Made by a program: the position numbers and the translations under genes. From NCBI RefSeq assembly GCF_000143415.4, contig NW_003314395.1:186768-250767 (forward strand): a DNA stretch of 64,000 nucleotides. The letters run 5' to 3'. Shown here in pieces: positions 23,077 to 33,815 of this stretch. This DNA is from Selaginella moellendorffii (lineage: Eukaryota; Plantae; Lycopodiophyta). The first letter of the stretch is position 1. Each line of letters opens with the position of its first letter. Below the pieces are notes generated by a model. That model saw only the letters and a list, made by a program, of their open reading frames with translations, searched no databases and was not told the DNA's origin.

Positions 23077-23289
23077 GTTGCTGTTTGATTCTTTCAAGGT
23101 TTTGAGTAAATTTCCTAAGTCTAAGCCCATTCTTTTAATAAAAAATGAGTACATACCATTTTTGTTTACTATTGCTATTGCCGCCATGCAGAGACAAGAA
23201 TAAGATACACCATGTTGATGTCCCTAATGATCAAAAGAATATCTTCGCCCCTTCAAGTATGATATCCATGCTTTGCATTACCTTATCCT

Positions 23290-23440
23290 GCAAGGAAATA
23301 TTTGAAAAGATGCCAGAGCGCAATGTGGTCTCCTGGAACGCTATGTTAACAGCATATGCCGAGAACGGGCAGCTGGAAGATGCGGTTGGTACAACCGGAT
23401 GTGTTCTCCTGGACGACGCTTTTAGTGGCATATTCGGAGG
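23290..23440 (+). pseudogene. PLS-class PPR gene remnant
   Basis: KEIFEKMPERNVVSWNAMLTAYAENGQLEDA, followed in another frame by PDVFSWTTLLVAYS. Confidence 0.75.
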
Positions 23441-23612
23441 CAAGGAATATTGTCTTTGGGAGTGTGAGGTCCAACAGAAACGTTAAAGATCTTGTATTGC
23501 ATCACAAGATCCAGATCTCAATCTCTATATTTACGCTCGAATCATAATCCAATGTGCCTTTTTAAGATTCAAAGGCAGCCGCCTTTTAGGTCATACCAAT
23601 CCTTTAATCGCC

Positions 23613-24509
23613 ATGACTGTGTGGAGAGCGGTCGAGACTGGTGAGTTGGTTGTGAGCGAGGAGCTCTCGTCGTTGAGGAAGATGTACGATGTGGGTTTTG
23701 AGCTTGGAAAGGGAGGGCAAGGCACTGTACACCTTGTAAGCTTTAGAATGGGTGGTAAGTTGCTAGCGGCTAAGAGCTTCGAGAGGTCGGGTGAGAGAGA
23801 GAAGGAAATCATGCTCAAACTCAACGGTTGCCATGGTACACTAGAGATCTACGACATGGTCGAGGAGGAGCGCAAGGGCCGCTGGTGGGGATCCCTAATC
23901 TTGGAGCTCTGCTCGTGCACGCTCCGGGACAGGCTCAAGATGGTGGGGAGGCTGGCGGATGACGAGGCGGCGTTTGTGACCAAGAGCCTGGCCGAGACGC
24001 TGAGGGAGATGCACAACCTTGGGGTGGTGCACAGGGATATGAAGCTGGAAAACGTTTTGCTGACGCATCCAGCGCAACCTTACGAGGTGAAGCTGTCTGA
24101 CTTTGGGGTTGCGACTGACCGGGCCGACGAGATGCACCACCTTTGTGGCACCCCTGGGTATATGTCGCCAGATGTTCTCAGGGCTGGTGAGGGCGGATGG
24201 CCGAAATACTACACTCAAGCGGTGGACGTTTGGGGGCTCGGACTCATTCTATATGAGCTCCTTAGCGGAAGGGTGGCGTTCCCTGAGTACCACTCTGATT
24301 ATGTGGAGTTATTGCTGAAAAGCGTGGACAATGTGGAGTTTGCATTGGATTGGAGTGATGTGACGAGCGAGGCAAAGGATTTGATCATGGGGATGTTGGA
24401 GGTTTATCCGAGCCGGAGGCTGACGGTGGAGCAAGTGCTTGGTCACCCCTGGATCGTGAACAACACCAGCGAGCTGTTTACCAGGAACTTTATTTGCAAG
24501 ATTATGTAA
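23613..24509 (+). CDS. Intronless kinase-only Ser/Thr kinase, copy 3 (inverted relative to copies 1 and 2)
   Basis: 298-aa ORF differing from copy 2 at two residues. Confidence 0.9.
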   Translation: MTVWRAVETGELVVSEELSSLRKMYDVGFELGKGGQGTVHLVSFRMGGKLLAAKSFERSGEREKEIMLKLNGCHGTLEIYDMVEEERKGRWWGSLILELCSCTLRDRLKMVGRLADDEAAFVTKSLAETLREMHNLGVVHRDMKLENVLLTHPAQPYEVKLSDFGVATDRADEMHHLCGTPGYMSPDVLRAGEGGWPKYYTQAVDVWGLGLILYELLSGRVAFPEYHSDYVELLLKSVDNVEFALDWSDVTSEAKDLIMGMLEVYPSRRLTVEQVLGHPWIVNNTSELFTRNFICKIM

Positions 24510-24664
24510 GAACAAGACACAAAGAAACTGTATGTACATTATACATTATCATGTAAAATGTACATAGCAGAATGGATTCCATGTAGTAAGAACAAGACAA
24601 AGCTATAATCTATTTAACGATTCTTCCGTAATCATTTCTTTCGATGATTGTATATACATTTGTT

Positions 24665-26050
24665 TCATTTCTTCTCCGTTGCAACGCCCACGACGACGTT
24701 GCTCACCTGTTATCAAGCATCCTCGTTACATGGTCGCAGGATCAAAACGCACGGACGTACCAGTTTTCCACTCTCGTCAATCGTCATCGGGTTTTCAACG
24801 ACGACTGTCTGAGGCTGTGGTCGAGGCTGCGGCTGCACAAGCAACAAGAACAGCAAATCATTCTCCAGAAACTGCAAGGAATAGTTACCAATTCCTGAGT
24901 TTGGAGCAGCGGCATGTATGGAGGAGGCGTGTGCGGCGGGAAAGGAAACCTCACATTGCTCATCTGTTGGCGAGAGAGATCAGAGAAAAACACACCGATG
25001 GAAAGGATCCTTACAGTGATTGGTGTGATGTATTGGCACAAAGCGCATTTCACCGATTGTGCCCCGAACGCATAAACAAGCGTTGTGCTGCATCCTCCAC
25101 AGTTTACGTGCGCTATCTGGTTCGCTGCGAGGAAGAGAAAAGATATCTCAAGGACCGGAAAAATCTACAAACTTAACTTACCATCCATTGCAACGTTTAC
25201 TGTGTGGCAGCACGAGCACTGAACGCTCGTCGCTCCACGGATGTAGAGAAGCAAAGTCCGACATCCTCCACACACAAGTTGTGCCATCTCTGGTCCTGGA
25301 CGTTCACAACTAGAAACCCAGACATCCGCAATCCAAAGGAGGAAGTGGAACATACCTTGCGGTGAAACTGGCGTGATGCAGCTACACAGAGCACACCGGA
25401 CGTTGGTTGCTCCATGTGGATATATGAGAAGTGTTCTACAGCCACTGCAAATCAACTGGCTTTGAGCACCTGGAAGAATTTACATCAGGTCACTATTCTA
25501 ACAATGATTCAGTAAGAACTGCTATAGACAGCGATAACTATTCTATCAAGCAATGAAAGTAACAAGAACTCTTCTATCAGGGAACGAAAGTAGCAAGAGC
25601 TAAGAACAATTCTACCAAGCAATGCAAGTAACAAGAACTCTTCTATCAGGTAACGAAAGTAGCAAGAGCTAAGAACTATTCTACCAAGCAACGAAAGTAG
25701 AAATAGAACGAATGGCATCTATTCTATCGATCGAGACCAATGAACAAACCTGGAAGAGGAAGGAATGGGAGAAGAGGAGGATGTGATGGATATGGCGCGA
25801 TAGGAACGGGCAGAGAAGGCGGCGTCCATGGATTGCTCCTGATCAAGCTGCTGCTGCTGCTAGAACCAGCCAAATTGTTGGCGGCGCTGGTATCAGCTTC
25901 AGCAGGCGATCCAGACGGCGCCGCCGAGCTCCCCAATCCCGCCCCTCCCTGCGCCGCTACTAGCACCGCCGCGGCAGCCTCATTCTGATCCGGTGGAGGA
26001 GGCGCGTCGCCCCCGCCTCCAGCGATCAACGCACTGTTGCCGCCGAGCAT
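24665..26050 (-). CDS. LSD1: LSD1/LOL1-type zinc-finger protein (three zf-LSD1 domains)
   Basis: Motifs [50 protein letters not shown] and HVNCGGC...[10 protein letters not shown]-terminus [17 protein letters not shown]|VSNVVVGV. Confidence 0.9.
25536..25710. repeat. ~69-bp tandem repeat (~2.5 copies) in LSD1 intron 1
   Basis: AAGAACTCTTCTATCAGG recurs at 25564 and 25633; TTCTA(T/C)CAAGCAA occurs three times. Confidence 0.8.
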
Positions 26051-26323
26051 CTTCCTCGCGAATCATTATCCTCTGGAGAAATACAGCGAGAGAGATGAAT
26101 GGAGGTGGAATCACAGCGCGCTAGGGCGGTAGAGACCTTGGAAGAAATCCTCGCGCATTGCTCATCATTGCTAGGGTTCTTGGGCAGCCGTTGAAATCTC
26201 CTTTTTCGCTACTTGCTGACGTGTCCTTCTTTAGTGTAAATATCATGTTCTTTCTTACATTCCTGTCTTATGGTGTCCAGGACACTACCACTACACTGGG
26301 TTTATTTAGGGTTCTTCCTCGCG

Positions 26324-29300
26324 ATGGAAGGCGATGGCGCGTTGCGAGCGATCGTCTACAATCGGGGCAGCTTGCGCCTTCTTGACCAGGTGTGGATTGG
26401 ATGCGAGCGACACTAAGCCCGAAATTCTCTGTTTTCTTGGCAGAGGGAGCTCCCTTTCAAGATTGTGTACCTCGATGTGAACGATTCCGGCACTGGATGG
26501 TTAGAATCGATGATTCTTTCCGCGAGGGATCTCTGAGTGAGGTGTGATTTTGGCAGGAAAGCAATTAAAGATATGGTTGTTCGTGGAGCTCCGGCGATTG
26601 CCATTGCCGCAGCCTTGTCTTTGGCTGTGGAGGTCCACAATCTTCGCCCTGGCAAGGTCACGACTCCGCAAGACGCTCTCCTCCTTTTGCAGAAGCGTCT
26701 CGACTATTTGGTTTCGAGGTACGTATGATTCATTGTTCCTTCCTTTTTTCCACTTTGGAATCCTTCTTTTTCTTTTGTAGCCGACCAACAGCCGTCAATC
26801 TCGCGGATGCCGCAGAGAAACTTAAGAAAGTGGCTTCAGTGGCAGCTAGTACCGATAATGCTAGCGCACAGGATGTGTTCCAGGTACTCGAGCACTTTGT
26901 CCATCCACATTGTGATCCATCCATGGATGCAGGCATACATTGAAGCCGCGGAGGCTTTTCTCGAAGAAGACGTCTCTTCCAACAAAGCGATTGGGGACTA
27001 CGGCTCGGCGTTTCTTCTCAATGGAGCTGACGAGTCTCGCAAGCTGGCTGTTCTAACGCATTGCAATACTGGGAGGTGAGAACGACCTCTTTTGCGTGTT
27101 TTACGTAACACTTTCTTACTTTCCTGCAGTCTTGCTACTGCCGGGTATGGGACAGCTCTGGGAGTCATTAGAGCTTTACACTCGCAGAACCGCTTGCATA
27201 CGGCATTTTGTACAGAAACAAGGCCGTACAACCAGGTGCGAAAGACGTCTCGTAGAACTTTGTATTGGTGGTAATCGATAATTAGCAGGGATCGCGATTG
27301 ACAGCCTTTGAGCTGGTGCACGACAATATCCCCGCCGTGCTCGTTGCAGACTCTGCAGCAGCGTCGCTTCAATCTTCCGGGCGTGTGGATGCTGTCATAG
27401 TTGGCGCTGACAGAGTTGCGGCGAATGGTAAAGCCTAGCATTGTGTTTCATCTCCGTGATTTTTTGTTTCTTCAGGTGACACCGCAAATAAGATTGGAAC
27501 GTACAGTCTGGCTGTGTCTGCCTCGCGCCACGGGATACCGTTTCTCGTAGCAGCGCCATTGACTTCGGTGGATTTGTCTATCTCGTCCGGCGACCAGATT
27601 TCTATCGAGGAGAGGTCAGCTTTGGAACTGACTCATACTCAGGGTGGACAAGGACATCGAGTTGCTGCCGAGGGAATATCGGTGTGGAATCCGGCGTTTG
27701 ATGTAACACCAGCAGCCTTGATCTCCGCCATCATAACTGATAAGGTACATGTCACCCGCCATGCAACTAAAGCGAAAGTGATGTTTTTCTACGTGCAGGG
27801 TGTCATTACGAAAGCTGATGAATCCGGCACCTTTGACATTCCTGCATTTGTGAAGAGCTTAACAACAACCGCTCCCGGAAAAGCCACCAGTTTTCGTCCC
27901 CTGAGCGAGAACACTGTGGCAGATTACGTGCAAAGTGTTTCGCACCTTGCGAAGCGACTTGGGGGTAGTAAACAAGACTGGGCGGTTAAAGAAGTTGGAG
28001 ATGGCAATCTCAACTTTGTCTACATTGTTACGGGTGCAAGCGGCTCTTTCGTCTTAAAACAGGTAAGATTTATCGCAGCATTCATCCATTACAATGGCTC
28101 TTGTTTTCTCCATCCACAGGCCCTTCCTTATGTACGATGTGTTGGCGATAGCTGGCCATTGTCACTGGAGCGTGCTTATTTTGAAGTTACGGCTTTGCAA
28201 GAGCACGGAAAGCACTGCCCAGAACACGTCCCGGAAGTGTATCACTTCGACCACCCGATGGCATTGTTTGCAATGCGCTATCTAGCGCCGCCGCATATCA
28301 TTTTGCGGAAAGGACTAATCGCTGGAACGAAGTATCCCTTACTGGCGGAACACATGTCGGACTACATGGCCAGGACGTTGTTCAACACTTCGCTTTTGGC
28401 AACTTCTACAACTGAACACAAGGCGGCAGGTTATATCCTCGTTTCTTTTCTTTTTTTTTCCATTCACCTTGGAATCACGTCGTCATGTGCAGTCGCCAAG
28501 TTCTGTGGGAACGTCGAGCTTTGCAGATTGACAGAACAGGTGGTCTTCACGGAGCCGTATATGATCGCGTCAAACAATCACTGGACAACACCTCAGCTAG
28601 ATGAGGACGCTAAGTCCATCCGCGAAGATGATTATTTAAAGCTCGAGATTGCCTCGCTGAAGTCCAAGTAAGCCTTTCGTGCTTTCTTTTGCACAGCACC
28701 TACATTCATTCTGCTGTTGTTTGCAGGTTTTGTGAAAAGTCACAAGCATTGATTCATGGAGACTTACACACGGGATCAGTGATGGTCACTCAGGAGTCGA
28801 CACAAGTGATTGATCCAGAGTTCGCATTCTACGGGCCAATGGGGTTTGACATTGGAGCCTTTCTCGGGAACCTTGCTCTTGCGTACTTTTCACAAGACGG
28901 TCATACGTCTGACAACAGCAATAGAGATGTAAGTCACTGCTCAAACTTGCAAGGCCTTTAACGCAAACGTCCACCGCTTCTTCAGGAATACAAAGAATGG
29001 ATATTGAAAGTTCTACAGGATACCTGGAATTTATTCAAAGAGAAGTTCCTTCTCTTGTGGACAGACAAATCCCAGAGCATGGGCGACGCATATCCGGCTG
29101 GCGTTTACACGTCGCTTGAGACTCATAAACTGGCCCAGAAGATTTATCTCAGGGACTTGTTCGAAGATGCGCTGGGTTTTGCCGGGGCAAAGATGATAAG
29201 GTAACAACAATAAGTTCTTTCGTAAGCTTTGTAAATCTTTGTTAACGTAAACTTTGTGCAAGCAGGAGAATCGTGGGCATTGCACACGTAGAGGATTTCG

Positions 29301-29431
29301 AATCGATCGAAAACCCAGAGTTGCGGTCACAATGTGAAAGACGCGCGTTAAATTTTGCAAAAGATTTGCTCAAGACGAGATCCAAGCTCGCGTCAATTGA
29401 GGAAGTAATTCAGCTTATCAGAAAAGTGTGA
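26324..29431 (+). CDS. Fused methylthioribose-1-phosphate isomerase (MTI/MtnA) - methylthioribose kinase (MTK/MtnK)
   Basis: MTI motifs ([59 protein letters not shown]) continue within one exon, with no stop or new Met, into MTK motifs ([42 protein letters not shown]). Confidence 0.88.
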
Positions 29432-29568
29432 GATAACAATCATACAATCAAACTGCCAACGTACTCAGCTTTCCTGAAAATAAACCGAAAATCGAAATAA
29501 GAAATAGTTGAGAACTTCAAGCGTGGTGATTCACTTACCAGCTTAATTATATTAGTGGAAGAGAAAAT

Positions 29569-32246
29569 TTACTTTGCGTAAAGCACGTCTTCCCAAGGAT
29601 GTCTGTAGAGTGGCTGTTTTAATCTCTTTTGATCGAAGGTATGCCTGGCAAAGCACGCGTTGTAAAAATGTGAAAGAAAAGAAGAATCAGCCATACCCGA
29701 TCAAGCCGATAGTCCTAGCAAGAACAAAAAGTCCGTTGAGGTATCCGATTCCTACGATCTCATCTATTTCCTGCTGGCTGAACATTGCGCAGCTCGCGAG
29801 AAGATCTAAGAAGAGCGAGCCAATGGCACCGTCCACGTTGAGCACCAAGGTGTTCGACTTGGATAGTGTGTAGCTCTCGACACGAACTGCATACTCCATG
29901 TACTTGACCGACGGAAAGAAAGTTCGGCCATAGTGCTGGAGTAGCTCAACCCTCTTGTCACGATTGTCACCTCTCTTAATTCTGCAGGTATGAAGTATAA
30001 GAGATCATATATTTCGAGAACACAACGACAAGTACCTGTGACCAATCCCTGGTACACGAATTCCTTTCTTTTTCATGGACTCCACGAAGTCATATGGTGT
30101 CAAGTTCTGTAGAACACGCACTGTGACGAAAAAATAGAAGAAGAGAGGGTTCCACCTTGTCGTAAGCATCTTTGAAGTAGCGGGCTGCATCATCAATAGC
30201 TCCGCCAAAACGAGGTCCTATTGTAAGAAGGCCTGCACAAGAAAATAGTTGTAAAAATACCGATGGAGTCACACGAACCTGAGACTAGAGATGATACTAG
30301 ATCCTTGCCAGCACGGGAGGTTACAATCGTATTGTGCGCGCCAGAAACGCAGGGACCATGGTCTGCACAGAGGATGATACACATCTGCAAAATTTGAACG
30401 AAGATTTAAACGCGAGTCTACAAAGACAATACATGCCTCAATGAATTTTGTGCAGTATTTTGGAAGGCTTCTCTTGAACCAGAGCAACGATATTACGTCA
30501 CCAAGGCCATAGTCCTTTTCAATGATTGTGGAAATTTGTACACCAGCGTAAGTTGGTTCATCACCTTCAGGAATAACAGGCGAATTATTAGCTCTTTAGC
30601 CTTCCATAGTTTCTAACGAACCTCTGTCATCGCAGATTGTAGAGACAATGTGCGTCGGAGCTCGAACTTTTCCGTTCTTCACAGCAACGTGAAGATCTTC
30701 CGGCACGGTTGGCGGTTTTGGCTCGGGAGCGGGAACAATTGTCTGGTTCGAAACCTGAGATATGGACAACAATACGTAGGATTTGGAATCGGAAATAGTA
30801 CTTGAGAAATACCAGTTTGTCGTATACGCCTTTGACAGCACTTTCCAATCCTTCGTATGACGTAGGCACAATTGCACCGGCCTCTTGAAGGGCCTTATTC
30901 TTTCCCTGTGCTGATTCCATATCACCACCGCTTTTAGCACCCTACAAACGCGAAAGAAGGCAGTGACGTAAACGAGAATCGGTCTTGAAGCACTTACGGC
31001 ATGTCCAAATTGCACTTCTGACTTGAAGAGTTTGGCACAGGTTCCACTGACCCACGCGACGACAGGTTTCGTCACTTTGCCTTGCTTCAATGCCTCAACC
31101 AAAGAATACTCGTCCCTTCCGCCTAATTCTCCAAGCACTACGATCATCTTGATCTGTAAGGAGCAAAATCAAACACAAACACAGCAACCTTTATGATCGC
31201 CTGCTTACCTGGGGGATGTTGTTAAATCGTAGTACATGATCTGAGAGAGTTGACCCAGGATAAACATCCCCACCGATAGCGATTCCTGAACAAAAACTAG
31301 ATTTCGTCAAACTCAATGCAAACTCAAACTCAAATGCTTGATAGACATACCTTCATAAAGTCCATCAGTTACACGCGCTATGACATTGTACATCTCGTTA
31401 GACATGCCACCCTGTGAAAAGAAAAGTCGTTGTCAATCAGAGGAAAGATCCATTTTTCCAAATCATTTTACCGATTTTGAGACGAAACCAACTGATCCGG
31501 GCCTGTAGAGTTTGGACTGGATTATGTTCTCTAAGGTACCAGCCGTGTCTCCGATTTTGAAAGCTCCGGCTTGGATGCCTCCCACTGTAGCAGGACCAAT
31601 CACAACCTGAGTATAATTCATTCCATCAGAAACAAACAAACGTAAAAAACAGGAATTTTTCGTTACTACTTTGTGATTTAAGGCAGCAAACGCAATGAGC
31701 TTCTTTGTGTCAGCTTCCGGAACTCCTTCCGCTATAATCACGATCACACGAATTGTAGACTGCTTCAGAGCGTCCATGGACGACTGAAAGGCACTGCAAG
31801 GGCCAAGAGAAAGTAAAGACCAACCAAGGAACCAAAAAACAGATCTATCACCTTCTAAACGATGCAAAATTGATGAACACATCCGCCACTGGATGAGCTC
31901 TACACGCAGCTTGAACACTAGAAGAAAGAACGAGGAAACCAATCCACAATGTGATCCATCCAATCCAAAGTTACATACCTCCCATAGACAGGAACAGCGA
32001 TCTCTTCTTGCCCGAAGAAGAGCTTCTGGAATCCATCCGATCCGGGATTGACAATGCCGGCCACGGAAGGAATCTCGCGGCCTGGAAAGAAATCGAATGA
32101 GAGATCGATGGACAAGGGAGAGAATTCTCGAGCCGCCTGACATTACCGCACAAGAAATCGTAGTCGAGCATTCGCTGCACGGGGCTCTGCTTGTAGTTGT
32201 AGAAGAGCGCCTGCGTCGTCCGCGAGAAGAGCTGCCCCGTCGCCAT
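29569..32246 (-). CDS. ACLB: ATP-citrate lyase B subunit
   Basis: [20 protein letters not shown]...; [12 protein letters not shown]; C-terminus [24 protein letters not shown]; many short introns. Confidence 0.96.
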
Positions 32247-32615
32247 GGGAGCTAGCTAGGGCAATACGATCCCTCCCCCGCCCCAAAGCGCGCTCGCGAC
32301 TCGCGAGTCAGCGATCCCAGACCTAAAAACTGTATCGCATTCTCGCGAATTCGAGCTTTAAGAACGATTCTCGCGAGTGACGCCAAACGCATGCTTGTAT
32401 ACCAGCCCGTCAAAATGGAAGGAAAGAAGGGTCTCCGGCTCGATTCCAGAGAGCTACCTATAGAGGAGCTACCTTTAGGGTTCTTGAGTAGGGGTAAAGA
32501 GGGAAACGATCCCTCTTGTAGGTAGTGCGCAGTCGAGGGATCCGGGCGGCGCGTGGATTCACGCGGCAGCTCTACATTTTTCGATTTCTAGGGTTTCTCG
32601 AGCAGGGAAGGAGCC

Positions 32616-33596
32616 ATGTCGGCATACGCAGAGTCTTATCAGCCGGCGGTGACGCATTTCTGCCACGGGTGTAATCTCTCGGTGCGCGCAGTGACCACGG
32701 ACGATGTGATCTGCCCGTTTTGCCAGGGGGGTTTTGTGGAGGAAATCTCTAGCGATGAGGAAATTCCGGTGGCCGCAAGCACGAATTCCGCCCCTGGCAG
32801 CGCCGCTCCTCCTCCTCCTCCTCCTCCTCCTCCTCCGCCAGGGCCAGGATCCACAGCGCCTGAGTATCCACCCAGAGTTATTCCACAGCGCCATATGTTT
32901 ATCCAAACGTTGACAGCCTTGATGCAAGGTTCTTCAATCTTTTTTTTTTGGTTTTCTTCCATGCATTGTTTACGCTGTTCTTTGCTTTGCCTCTTCCCAG
33001 GTGGTGGAGTTGGGAACGTAGAGTTCGTTGTGGACCATGTCGGCAACCAGGGTTTCGTTGCCGACAATGGCGCCAACCCGGGCTCGCGCCGCACGTTTGG
33101 CAACTTTGGGGACTACTTCTTTGGCGCAGATTATGATCACCTTCTCCAACAGCTTGCCGAGAATGATTTAAACCGCTACGGCACTCCGCCCGCGTCCAAG
33201 ACAGCAGTGGAAGGCATGCCGACTATGAAGATCACAGACGAGCACCTGGCCCAGGATTCCGCTCCGTGTGCGGTTTGCAAAGACGAATTTGAGTTGGGAA
33301 CAGAGGTCCGCGAGATGCCGTGCAAGCATTTGTACCACCCGGACTGTATACTTCCTTGGCTCAAGCAGCATAACTCGTGTCCGGTGTGCCGGTTTGAGTT
33401 AGCGACGGATGATGCAGATTATAACCAAGCTCGGATGCCTGGGACTGCTGGCAGTGGCGGAGGAGGTGGTCGCAGGGGCCGAGAATTTCTCCGGGGCCAT
33501 CCGTATCGGGTCCCAGTGCCTCCATGGCTATTGGGGAGTGAAGCGTCTGGGTCTGGGGGTGGCGAGGAATATGATAGCTTGCGGGATGTGGACTAA
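32616..33596 (+). CDS. RING-H2 E3 ubiquitin ligase (RING1/RDUF-like) with N-terminal zinc ribbon
   Basis: Motifs FCHGC...CPFCQGGFVEE, GTPPASK and CAVCKDEF...PCKHLYHPDCILPWL...CPVCR. A probable in-frame intron lies at ~32929-33000. Confidence 0.92.
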   Translation: MSAYAESYQPAVTHFCHGCNLSVRAVTTDDVICPFCQGGFVEEISSDEEIPVAASTNSAPGSAAPPPPPPPPPPPGPGSTAPEYPPRVIPQRHMFIQTLTALMQGSSIFFFWFSSMHCLRCSLLCLFPGGGVGNVEFVVDHVGNQGFVADNGANPGSRRTFGNFGDYFFGADYDHLLQQLAENDLNRYGTPPASKTAVEGMPTMKITDEHLAQDSAPCAVCKDEFELGTEVREMPCKHLYHPDCILPWLKQHNSCPVCRFELATDDADYNQARMPGTAGSGGGGGRRGREFLRGHPYRVPVPPWLLGSEASGSGGGEEYDSLRDVD

Positions 33597-33815
33597 GCTC
33601 TTGATGTCATCTGATTGTTTTTTCCTACAGTACCTAGCTGCAGCAGCAATGTTTCATTTCTTACATTTGGCACAAGAGGGACACTATAAATGTAAATTGC
33701 ATCTGTCAAACGAGGATCTTCTTCTCCTAGTGTTATCTGCATTCTACTTGTTGAGAAGGTAAGAGGTTTGTGAGGGTGGCAGTCTTTGTACACTGTCAAG
33801 AGCCTTCTGGTTATA

